DNA of 38,130 nt from a virus (taxonomy: Duplodnaviria; Caudoviricetes), in IMG/VR virus record IMGVR_UViG_3300014208_001454, positions 1-38,130 of that record; one strand, given 5' to 3'. This document shows positions 19,767 through 27,950 of this stretch, in pieces (position 1 is the first letter of the stretch; each line of letters begins with the position of its first letter). A program made the translations under genes and the position numbers. The notes under the pieces are model-generated. The model was not told the origin of the DNA. It saw only the letters and a program-made list of their open reading frames with translations, and did not search any database.

Positions 19767-20311
19767 ACAATGATATTATTGAGAAAGTCTATGGTTTTTT
19801 GTACTGTTTGATGATCGAAAATCACAGTTCCGGCCTCCAATTTATTGTTCCGGTTGAGATTCATGCTACTTACGATAGCCGCATACTTTCCGGATATTGA
19901 CTTAATTACGATCATCTTGGCATGGCATGGATAAAAAACAAACCGGGTTGCGAGTTTTTCCGCTATCTGAATTTCAGCCGGCTTTACAGATCGGATATGA
20001 TCACTGCAAATGATGTGTAAGTCTACAATATCTCCGGAATGCTTGCGATGACTGATATTACGCATGGCAAGTTCAGATATTCCGTAAATTGTAAGATAAA
20101 GTTCACTGGGCCCAAACTTATCCAAGATGAAATTCATAAGTTGATAGCTGCTGAATTTGGCATCAGAAATGAATAGTTGGGAGCGATCCATGCTCATAGA
20201 TTCAAATCTAGCATAAGCCTGAGAGTCCATGGATCGCATTGACTCTACTGCTTGAAATATTGATTCCCTTCCAGCAACCACTTTTGTTGTGTCAAACTTG
20301 AATAGGGCCAT
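19733..20311 (-). CDS. Phospholipase D-superfamily nuclease-like protein
   Basis: HAK-x(n)-SSMNL..N..E motif; likely start MALFKF at 20311. Confidence 0.7.
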   Translation of the reverse strand: MALFKFDTTKVVAGRESIFQAVESMRSMDSQAYARFESMSMDRSQLFISDAKFSSYQLMNFILDKFGPSELYLTIYGISELAMRNISHRKHSGDIVDLHIICSDHIRSVKPAEIQIAEKLATRFVFYPCHAKMIVIKSISGKYAAIVSSMNLNRNNKLEAGTVIFDHQTVQKTIDFLNNIIVCKLARNNSRK

Positions 20312-20927
20312 CGAGTGTTGATTCAATTTTAGCCAGGCATATTTCCCAGGCTGTTTTCTTTTTAATAAGATTCGCAATCTCCTGATCACTCAAATTCTCG
20401 CTTTTTAGCTGCTTATTGATTCTGGATATATAAGTTGGTACGTTCTTACACAGGTTAACCACATCTCGAATGGTTTTGGGTTGAAATTCTTCCTGGGCTG
20501 TGTCCGGAGGTAAGGAGCCATGCTCCTGATAATAATCTAGTTTTTCCCAGCATTCATCAACTATCTGGTCGAGTTCGTCAATTTTCAAGCAAGCATCGAA
20601 TCGTTCTTCGTCTGTTTTGTATTGCTCAAGTCGAGCATGCAATGCAGCCATTTCTTTGAAGGAACGGGCCTTTAAATCGTAAATAGGAATAAGTTCAACT
20701 GCAGTTCCGGTTCGCTCTGTTTTTATTACCTGAGGTGTGACCTTGGCCGGTTTAAAGGTTTTCGATCCGATATCTTGAAGTGATTGTAAAAGCTTGGTGC
20801 GGGTAAATCGGTTTTCCCCTGACTCAAATAACTTCAGTGTTGTGGTAGATCCACCATGGCGAGCAAAAAGGAGTACCCCATCGGTGTACTTGCGATCGGG
20901 GTCATTCAACCATTGTGCAATTGTCAT
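20292..20927 (-). CDS. Hypothetical phage protein
   Basis: Helical ORF; ATG at 20927 (MTIAQWL) directly follows a promoter motif. Confidence 0.65.
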   Translation of the reverse strand: MTIAQWLNDPDRKYTDGVLLFARHGGSTTTLKLFESGENRFTRTKLLQSLQDIGSKTFKPAKVTPQVIKTERTGTAVELIPIYDLKARSFKEMAALHARLEQYKTDEERFDACLKIDELDQIVDECWEKLDYYQEHGSLPPDTAQEEFQPKTIRDVVNLCKNVPTYISRINKQLKSENLSDQEIANLIKKKTAWEICLAKIESTLDGPIQV

Positions 20928-20932
20928 CTTAC

Positions 20933-20967
20933 CAAAGGTCGTAAACGACAATTGCAGGTTAAAGGAC
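20933..20967 (-). promoter_or_regulatory. Phage promoter motif copy 3 (GTCCTTT-N20-GACCTTTG)
   Basis: Repeated bipartite motif. Confidence 0.65.
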
Positions 20968-20972
20968 AGTGA

Positions 20973-21197
20973 TTATTTACGATGCATTTTCCAAACCTTA
21001 TCTGGATAACCTTTTACTGGTTGGCTTTCAAACCCCCAATTGGAAAGCGATTCATCAAGTTCATTGAGAGAAACGTAATCATTGAGTCCAGTATTAGCCA
21101 CTTCTTGAATCTCTGTGGTAAGGATGATCTCATCGAATGATTGTGCCTTTTCGAATTTTGAATCGATAAATTGTGCCAGCTTTGCTTTATTCTCCAT
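20973..21197 (-). CDS. Small winged-helix-like protein with its own promoter
   Basis: ORF track 20973..21227 (TTG); ATG at 21197 (MENKAK) has an AT-rich leader. Confidence 0.55.
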   Translation of the reverse strand: MENKAKLAQFIDSKFEKAQSFDEIILTTEIQEVANTGLNDYVSLNELDESLSNWGFESQPVKGYPDKVWKMHRK

Positions 21198-21218
21198 AAT
21201 ATATGGCGTTAGGGTGTT

Positions 21219-21314
21219 GCTGTCCAATTACTCATAGAGTAAGAGCGCCCTCCTTACGGTTTAGGCCACCCTAACATAATGCCTTGGCAAATGTTGGATG
21301 AGTAATTGAACAGC
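21219..21314 (-). ncRNA. Structured leader / candidate antisense regulatory RNA
   Basis: 17-bp terminal inverted repeat GCTGTTCAATTACTCAT / ATGAGTAATTGGACAGC, internal hairpins, starts just after TACGTTTG promoter box (21319-21326). Confidence 0.55.
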
Positions 21315-21328
21315 GAAGCAAACGTAAT

Positions 21329-21358
21329 AAAAAAGGCCCGGATTACTCCGAGCCTTTT
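21329..21358 (-). terminator. Intrinsic terminator of the head operon
   Basis: AAAAGGCTCGGA-GTAA-TCCGGGCCTTTTTT on minus strand. Confidence 0.85.
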
Positions 21359-21389
21359 CAACTAAAAAAACCAAATTATGAATCAACTA

Positions 21390-21596
21390 CTACTCAGCAG
21401 TCTGCTTTTTGGTACTGGCCGGTTTTGCCGGTTTCTCCTTCAAGTAAGGGAATCCTTGCTTTACCAAGCCATCTGCAGCCGGAAGTGAAAGTTCGCTCAT
21501 ATCGATATTTCCCCACTTGGGGAAATGACCATGGATATGAGCGCCAACCACTTCGTATTTGGCAGCAACTTCAGGTTTCAATTTTTTTCTACTCAT
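21390..21596 (-). CDS. Small hypothetical virion-module protein
   Basis: 68 aa ORF at end of the head operon. Confidence 0.6.
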   Translation of the reverse strand: MSRKKLKPEVAAKYEVVGAHIHGHFPKWGNIDMSELSLPAADGLVKQGFPYLKEKPAKPASTKKQTAE

Positions 21597-21609
21597 GGTT
21601 TACAAATGC

Positions 21610-22146
21610 TTAAGCACCTGGCTCTACAGGAATAACGGCATCATATACGCGAGGTGAGTATCCATCATATGAGAATGTAATTTCCATTCCCCACTCATCT
21701 CCGGATTTTCCACCCCATGTCAGGCGGAAACTTTTCACAAATGCCGGTGAATGTTTATCACCAATTTGAAGAATCAAATCGTCGTTCTTGTTAGGAACCA
21801 AGCCAATCAGATCCTCATTTTGAAGTAATTCCAACAAACCGCGTGTTGTGGCATCATCGCCTGGATAAAAAAGTTTTACTTCAGTATCGGCTGCAACGAA
21901 TTTCTGATCGCCTACCGATTTGGTTTCGATCATCCCTTTGTTTGGAGCGCAATAAAACTGGATAAACTTCTTGCCGGTTTTCATTACATGCGCTGTGGCA
22001 ATATTTACCCTTTCGGCAAGTGTAGCTGGAGCTGCACTCGGAGCCTGAAGGGTAAGGATATCATCGATTTTGGCTATGTAGGCATAGCGGGGCAATCCGG
22101 CGCGGGGGGTGGATGTCCCTGGGTTGGTTAAATCTGCTAAATCCAT
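21610..22146 (-). CDS. Putative major tail tube protein
   Basis: 178 aa beta-rich protein (YAYIAK...ILQIGD...MEITF); size and pattern fit siphophage tube proteins. Confidence 0.55.
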   Translation of the reverse strand: MDLADLTNPGTSTPRAGLPRYAYIAKIDDILTLQAPSAAPATLAERVNIATAHVMKTGKKFIQFYCAPNKGMIETKSVGDQKFVAADTEVKLFYPGDDATTRGLLELLQNEDLIGLVPNKNDDLILQIGDKHSPAFVKSFRLTWGGKSGDEWGMEITFSYDGYSPRVYDAVIPVEPGA

Positions 22147-22523
22147 TATTTGGATCCTCCTTCCTTTAAAGTGAGAATTTGTTGACCTTCAATTTTCAGG
22201 ATTGATCTTGCAGCGTCAATGTTTTCTGCAAGATCCTGGGCTGAGTACTTTTTACCCCCAACGCGTGCACCACTATTAATGGTATACGTATCGCGGCCGA
22301 TATCAACAGTGAGTTTTGCAGATGAAGCCTTAGCTCCGCTCTCCAGTTTGCTCACATGTTTATTCAGGCCATCCATAATCTCACCCATGGCGAAAGCCTC
22401 CTGCTTCAATGATGTTATTTCAGACTCCTGAATACCAATTTTAGTATTCAGTTCATCGATAACAACTAACGCCTGCTCCAGAGTCTCTGGAGCAGCGTTA
22501 GGTTCGTTTAATTTCTTTCCCAT
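22146..22523 (-). CDS. Hypothetical coiled-coil protein
   Basis: 125 aa ORF between capsid and tube genes. Confidence 0.6.
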   Translation of the reverse strand: MGKKLNEPNAAPETLEQALVVIDELNTKIGIQESEITSLKQEAFAMGEIMDGLNKHVSKLESGAKASSAKLTVDIGRDTYTINSGARVGGKKYSAQDLAENIDAARSILKIEGQQILTLKEGGSK

Positions 22524-22527
22524 AGTT

Positions 22528-23745
22528 TTAGGCTTGGTCGTTTACGTACAGATTTTCCAAATCAGCGATTTCAAAACCTATCAAGAATTTCGATACAGAT
22601 TTTGTGCCATGCAGAGTTTCAATTGTTTTTGTAACTCCGGGCATCTCAACCAGATTGGTACCACCAATCAGATTGTCAAACTGAGTCATAATAACTCGGC
22701 CTGAAGCGCCCATCCAGTTGCATTCACGGACTTCCCATTTGTTACCTGTTCCATAGAGATACTTACGTCCATCACCAGTTTGGGATGTGGCAGTTGCTCC
22801 AAATACGTCACGCTCATGATTGATATAGTGACGGAAAACATCCGGTCCAACTCTTACAATTCCTCCAACTTTACGATGTGCTGCAGTCATATCATTGTAC
22901 ATCACTTCCAGTTTGTCCAGAGCATTTGATGCCGAAATTGCTCCAGTGGTAATTGGGGTAATATTGGCTGCTGTGATTTCATCAGCAATCAAAGTGCCGA
23001 TTCCAGTACACGTTACTGACTCATTTACCTTAGACCATTTTGCCGGATGCGTAGTGGGTGATTGACCAGCTGTGGTATCGGCTAATAGTTTATAGATATC
23101 TTCGTCATCGCCAAATGTTTTATACTGAGGCACAGCAGCATCATAGGTGTATTCAGCACCTGCATCCCAGGCTGCGGCATCTCCGCCGTAATCAGCCAAG
23201 TATGAATTGTCGTTTATTTCAGCTGCAAGTTTTGCCATTTCCTTTTGCCACACCCACTGTGCAAATGGAATTTGAATGGCTCCCGGTACCATCATATCAG
23301 ACATGAAAGATTCAAGAAGTTCATCAGGCACTATATCGAAAATCTTCATTGCGTCATAGACAAATAATTTACGACCTGACCAATTGCGCTGGGTACCTGC
23401 TCTTGTTTCTACATTGTAATTTAATGGTCGGAGTCCACCTTGTGCTGTAAATTTAGGTAAGAGTTTTCCATGCCTTGAAACCATTCGGTCAACTGCCATA
23501 TCTTTAAAAATGTCAAGATCGTTGAGCATTTGGGCAAGCATCTTCTTTGAATTTAATCCAGCCCATTTAGCAATGGCCGCTACATCGGTCGATGGCCCCA
23601 TTGTGATTACACCCTGCATTGGTGAAGCCAACGAAGCCAAGGCTGTAACCCCCAGTATGGATAGTGCCGGATGGATACCGGTCTGATTTGCGAATGCTAA
23701 GCCAATTCCAAGAATCAGCACTAGCGCGATTATTACTTTTTTCAT
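22528..23745 (-). CDS. Major capsid protein
   Basis: 405 aa directly after protease/scaffold gene; HK97-like layout; hydrophobic N-terminal extension. Confidence 0.7.
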   Translation of the reverse strand: MKKVIIALVLILGIGLAFANQTGIHPALSILGVTALASLASPMQGVITMGPSTDVAAIAKWAGLNSKKMLAQMLNDLDIFKDMAVDRMVSRHGKLLPKFTAQGGLRPLNYNVETRAGTQRNWSGRKLFVYDAMKIFDIVPDELLESFMSDMMVPGAIQIPFAQWVWQKEMAKLAAEINDNSYLADYGGDAAAWDAGAEYTYDAAVPQYKTFGDDEDIYKLLADTTAGQSPTTHPAKWSKVNESVTCTGIGTLIADEITAANITPITTGAISASNALDKLEVMYNDMTAAHRKVGGIVRVGPDVFRHYINHERDVFGATATSQTGDGRKYLYGTGNKWEVRECNWMGASGRVIMTQFDNLIGGTNLVEMPGVTKTIETLHGTKSVSKFLIGFEIADLENLYVNDQA

Positions 23746-25082
23746 TACTTTTTTTCCTCCTCAGTTTTTCCATAAACAGCTTCATGAGCTGCTTTCAGCT
23801 TGGCATCAGCTTCGCTGTGGAATTGGTTTTCATCCGGTTTGGTTTCACCTTCAGGTTTTCCAGAAGCTTCAGGTGCTGCTCCGGCATTGCCTGGTAACTT
23901 AGCAACCTTCTCGTTGGCTGCTTTCAGCTCGGTAGTTAGCCGGGAAATCTCGCCGTCTTTTGACTGCAAAGCAGTTGAATGAGCGGCTTGCGCATCAGAT
24001 AGATCCTTCTCCGCTTTTGCCTTATCGGCTTTGGCTGCTTGAAGTGTTCCCAATTCAGTGTTTAGTTTTTCGAGCTGATCCTGGCTCAGCTCTACCTCAT
24101 GGTCTTTTCCCGACTCCAAGCCGAAGAATGTCGCCAAAGCGGTGAGGCCCGCCATGATTTTAGTTTTCATATTTGCGTTCTGTGTGTGTGAATTATTTTT
24201 AGTGCCGGATGTTGCGGCTAATTGATCAATAAGATTAGCTGCGAATTCAACATCTCCTTCATAATCAGCAAGACCATTTTTCACAGCATCCTCTGTATAA
24301 AACATGGCTCCTTTAAAAATAGCTGCATTGCCAGATAGTTTCCCTTGCCGCATTCTTGCAACGTCATTAATAAAGAAATCTGTGTATTGCTGAAGATCAG
24401 CAAGCATTGCTTCGTTATCTCCTTTAATCATGTCTTCCCATGCCTTGTTTTTGAGCGTAGACTGTGGGGCATATAACCTGTTAATTTTGATTCCAAGTTT
24501 TTCGTAATGTTTACTCAAATCGGTCCAACCAACATAAGCTCCAATCGAGCCTACCTCGCTTGACTTACCCACCATAACTATGGCATGACAACCGGCAATT
24601 ATTTTATAGCATGCACTAGCGGCTATACCATTGACACATGCAACAGTTGGTTTTTGTGCGTTGTAAATTGCATTGGCAAAAGCTTCGGTTGCAGCACCGT
24701 CTCCTCCACCCGAATCAGTTAATAAAAGCACCCCTTTAATTTTGGGATTTGCAAGTGCACGCTGATACAGGTTTAGCTTGGTATCCATTCCTGGATTACC
24801 ACAGTTTTCGTATTTGGTGATTGCTCCAACAATATTGATGAGAGCAATTGAATTTTCAGGGGCATCCTCCGGAGAGGCGGCTATACCAAATTCGCTGATT
24901 GGATAAATTGATGTGTTACATACTTGAGGGATTGAATCAACAATTTCTTCACCACCAGTTATTCCTGCTTGTGCATTTTGCAACATCTGCATTACCATTG
25001 GGTAATACGACTCGGCAAATGCCGGATGAATGAACCATCTTGCGCGTAGGATGTAACTGAGTGTAATGAATTTTCTTGTCAT
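23745..25082 (-). CDS. S49-family prohead protease with C-terminal scaffold domain
   Basis: DSGGG, AASACY, VGSIG motifs; Ala/Lys/Glu coiled-coil tail. Confidence 0.88.
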   Translation of the reverse strand: MTRKFITLSYILRARWFIHPAFAESYYPMVMQMLQNAQAGITGGEEIVDSIPQVCNTSIYPISEFGIAASPEDAPENSIALINIVGAITKYENCGNPGMDTKLNLYQRALANPKIKGVLLLTDSGGGDGAATEAFANAIYNAQKPTVACVNGIAASACYKIIAGCHAIVMVGKSSEVGSIGAYVGWTDLSKHYEKLGIKINRLYAPQSTLKNKAWEDMIKGDNEAMLADLQQYTDFFINDVARMRQGKLSGNAAIFKGAMFYTEDAVKNGLADYEGDVEFAANLIDQLAATSGTKNNSHTQNANMKTKIMAGLTALATFFGLESGKDHEVELSQDQLEKLNTELGTLQAAKADKAKAEKDLSDAQAAHSTALQSKDGEISRLTTELKAANEKVAKLPGNAGAAPEASGKPEGETKPDENQFHSEADAKLKAAHEAVYGKTEEEKK

Positions 25083-25098
25083 GAATAATTAAGCATTT

Positions 25099-25133
25099 CA
25101 AATTTCATTTTACGCGCGCGGTTATTAAAGGAC
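25099..25133 (-). promoter_or_regulatory. Phage promoter motif copy 4 (GTCCTTT-N20-GAAATTTG)
   Basis: Repeated bipartite motif. Confidence 0.65.
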
Positions 25134-25146
25134 AGCTATTTTTGAC

Positions 25147-25443
25147 CTATTCAGGTATCGACAAAAAATCATCACACAAGGCCTGGGCAGATCCTGCAGA
25201 CACAATTATTTTGGTAAAGGGAAATTGAATTGGGGTTTTGATAGGACTATCGCTGGCGGGTAATGGAGTCACGTTGTCAATACCCATGATTGCAAGGCAA
25301 TCAACGATATCTCCATTTTGATCCTGAGCTTCTAATGTATCAATTGTCGTGTTGTCCTCAAGGATAATAATTCCAGAAAATGGTACTTCTTCAAATGTTT
25401 CACCGGCCAATACAATTGGCGTTGCTTTTATTACTCTGCTCAT
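25147..25443 (-). CDS. Small acidic beta protein, paralog of 26969..27322
   Basis: Shares I(K/R)TPIQFPF motif. Confidence 0.6.
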   Translation of the reverse strand: MSRVIKATPIVLAGETFEEVPFSGIIILEDNTTIDTLEAQDQNGDIVDCLAIMGIDNVTPLPASDSPIKTPIQFPFTKIIVSAGSAQALCDDFLSIPE

Positions 25444-25736
25444 GATAAGAATTTGTGTATTGGATTATTAGGTTTTGGGATGGCCGTTTCAAAAATTGAG
25501 GCATCAAACCCTTCCGGCATTTCGATGTTGGCGTGTTGGGCACCAATAAGTACGGCATCAGTAACTAACTCCCTGTTTTCATTAAATACAGCTGATGAAA
25601 TTTCTATATCCCCAATGAAATGGATAGCCATTCCATCTTGATTATATTCCGTTTCACCGGCATATTTTGTGAAGACCTTTTTAAGGTCAGTGACGATGGC
25701 TGATTTGGTTTCTGCTTTTAAGTATATTGTTGGCAT
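25440..25736 (-). CDS. Hypothetical protein, possible fibre partner
   Basis: GAQHANI..PNNPIHKF; follows the fibre gene. Confidence 0.55.
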   Translation of the reverse strand: MPTIYLKAETKSAIVTDLKKVFTKYAGETEYNQDGMAIHFIGDIEISSAVFNENRELVTDAVLIGAQHANIEMPEGFDASIFETAIPKPNNPIHKFLS

Positions 25737-25739
25737 TTT

Positions 25740-26972
25740 TTACGAATTAGGGTCAAGGCAAATTGTATCAGACAATGCAGAATCACATATATATGTCATT
25801 CCGAATAAGCCATAAGACGGAACGCTTGTACCACCCCCATCTTTTGAAGTAAAAATTGAGTTAAGAATAAAATCTTCATCATCAATTACAGTTGTTAGTA
25901 TAAGGACATTGTCGCGGAAAAATTTTACCTGCGTTCCAGTCCGTTTAATGATGATTTTATACTCTGTATTTAGGTTCATGCCATGAGCGCCAAGAACCGT
26001 TTCTGCACCTGCACTTGATTTGAAATATATATTACTTGCGCTAAGGTATATATACGAATTACCGGCCCCAGATGTGTTGGAGCCTATTAGCATGGTATTG
26101 TTAAGCTTTAGTGGCTTGATCAACATACGGGCAGTGAAATCGCCAAGCGTCAATGTTTCTGCGGATGTGCCACAAAGATCGGATGCGCGAGTTGCTGATC
26201 CACCTGCTGTAATTATAGGAGAGCAGGGGTATGTCCCTTCGTGGATTTGATTCAGCCACCACAACATGCCATCGGTGCCGTTGGCTGTTACAGTTCCTAC
26301 GCCATCCCCATCTACAATTGCGGAATAAAGATTTCCGGTAGTACTGGTTGAAACCTGAGCTGCCCACACCAACCAGTAACCATTGTCCATATCGATTGCT
26401 CCGTATCCGGTGAGATTTACTCCGTGCACTCCAATGGCTCCAGTAGCCAGGTTTACCCAAACATAATCTTCTGCTCCTCCGGCATTAATACCTCCGTGGC
26501 GAATCCAGTTTATCCCAGATGCTTTCACTATGCAATAAGTAACGTAAGAAACTCCTGCGGTGATTGTAAATGTCTTATCAATAGTTCTGTTTCCCCCTGA
26601 ACTTACAGGATAAATCAGGACTGCGTCATTGGAACCGGAAGGAGATACACCACTAGCCGGAACTGGAGTTACATTTGTCTTGTTCCAATATGCATTGTTA
26701 ACATCGTTTGAATGAAAACAAATATTCGTATTTTGATCTTCTAGCAGGATTCGTGGGCAACCACCTCCAACAGGAAAATGAATTCGTGGAATATTGTCGG
26801 CACGACTTTCCCAATAACCTATAGAATTTCTTCGGTATGCAACACTGGATCTGGTGAACGGGAAGAATTTTACTGGTTGCCCTACTTCAACAAATGGTTT
26901 TACCATATTGAGTTGACCGGCTTCAAAGCCATCGGGTATTACTACAATGCGAGATTTTGAGAGTATTGTCAT
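25740..26972 (-). CDS. Putative head/tail fibre (spike) protein with lectin-like domains
   Basis: FTRSSVA..NIPRI..LLE..TN N-terminal motif, Gly/Thr/Trp-rich beta domain, TRASD linker, LamG-like C-terminus. Confidence 0.65.
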   Translation of the reverse strand: MTILSKSRIVVIPDGFEAGQLNMVKPFVEVGQPVKFFPFTRSSVAYRRNSIGYWESRADNIPRIHFPVGGGCPRILLEDQNTNICFHSNDVNNAYWNKTNVTPVPASGVSPSGSNDAVLIYPVSSGGNRTIDKTFTITAGVSYVTYCIVKASGINWIRHGGINAGGAEDYVWVNLATGAIGVHGVNLTGYGAIDMDNGYWLVWAAQVSTSTTGNLYSAIVDGDGVGTVTANGTDGMLWWLNQIHEGTYPCSPIITAGGSATRASDLCGTSAETLTLGDFTARMLIKPLKLNNTMLIGSNTSGAGNSYIYLSASNIYFKSSAGAETVLGAHGMNLNTEYKIIIKRTGTQVKFFRDNVLILTTVIDDEDFILNSIFTSKDGGGTSVPSYGLFGMTYICDSALSDTICLDPNS

Positions 26973-27322
26973 TGAATTAATGATTGTATTAATGCTTTAC
27001 TACATAAATAGGCTTCAACGGTACCACCATCCGCCTCAACGGCGGCTTTCCATTGTGAGGGATAATCAGGTACATCAAATAATTTTTTCGGTTCAATACC
27101 TATAGCTCCAGCTGTTGTGGTGATGCTATCAAATGGAAATTGTATTGGCGTTCTGATTACTGTTCCTTTCTTGAGTTCGGTTAAGGCGGTAATACCAAGG
27201 ATGGCCAGTACATCATACCCATTGGCTGATACAGCAGAAATCTTTGTGCCATTTGAGAGAATTCTAAACCAATAGAATTCTTGAATATCGAAAGACCCTG
27301 CACCAACAATTATGTATCTCAT
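26969..27322 (-). CDS. Small virion-module protein
   Basis: IRTPIQFPF motif plus C-terminal VEADGGTVE module. Confidence 0.6.
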   Translation of the reverse strand: MRYIIVGAGSFDIQEFYWFRILSNGTKISAVSANGYDVLAILGITALTELKKGTVIRTPIQFPFDSITTTAGAIGIEPKKLFDVPDYPSQWKAAVEADGGTVEAYLCSKALIQSLIQ

Positions 27323-27909
27323 GTATTTATAGAGTTAAGTTGTGATATTGCACAGCTCTCAGATTCAAATACTCCACCTTCAGCAGTGACTTGCTTTGAA
27401 AATTTTCTCACCACCTCCAACACATTTGTCCATATTTCCTGATCTCCTGTGCAATAGGGAGAAGGGGATGCGAATACTCCTAGATACTGAAACGAGTAGC
27501 CGCCTGGGATTTCTTTAAATGTAAATGCAACACCATTTTGTGGTTCACCAACAATGCGTGCGTTGCCGTATTTGTCTGTAATTAAAAGCACAAAGCGTTG
27601 ACCGGCTTTTTTACCTAGCAATTGAACAATACTGGAATCATAGAAGGGGATAGTCCCTTTAATTTTTACCGGATAAGACTTACCCTGGTCTGAATGAGCG
27701 CCATCTATATCTAAATCCAATGAGCCAAACACTGCTGATCCACTGTACCAGTAATTGAAATATGGATCGGTGTATTCAATGGCTTCAATATTTATTTTGC
27801 CATCTGCATCCGGATATGGAAACGACGTAATTCTGAAATCTTCTATGAAGTAGAATTGCGAGTAACCTTTCAGATTAGGTCCGCCAGACAATGGAGATAT
27901 GCTTTGCAC
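27319..27909 (-). CDS. Putative structural protein
   Basis: FVLLITDKYGNARIVG motif; C-terminal VTAEGGVFE module; first gene after promoter copy 5. Confidence 0.55.
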   Translation of the reverse strand: MQSISPLSGGPNLKGYSQFYFIEDFRITSFPYPDADGKINIEAIEYTDPYFNYWYSGSAVFGSLDLDIDGAHSDQGKSYPVKIKGTIPFYDSSIVQLLGKKAGQRFVLLITDKYGNARIVGEPQNGVAFTFKEIPGGYSFQYLGVFASPSPYCTGDQEIWTNVLEVVRKFSKQVTAEGGVFESESCAISQLNSINT

Positions 27910-27913
27910 ATAA

Positions 27914-27948
27914 CAAATTTGCGCTGATATTCAGCGTGTAAAAAGTAC
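27914..27948 (-). promoter_or_regulatory. Phage promoter motif copy 5 (GTACTTT-N20-CAAATTTG)
   Basis: Repeated bipartite motif, one mismatch in each half. Confidence 0.55.
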
Positions 27949-27950
27949 GG

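Noticed and set aside
25740-26972. Fibre gene as a remote DGR target
   Set aside because: No TR-like segment seen by eye in it or in the tail genes; a permissive alignment would confirm
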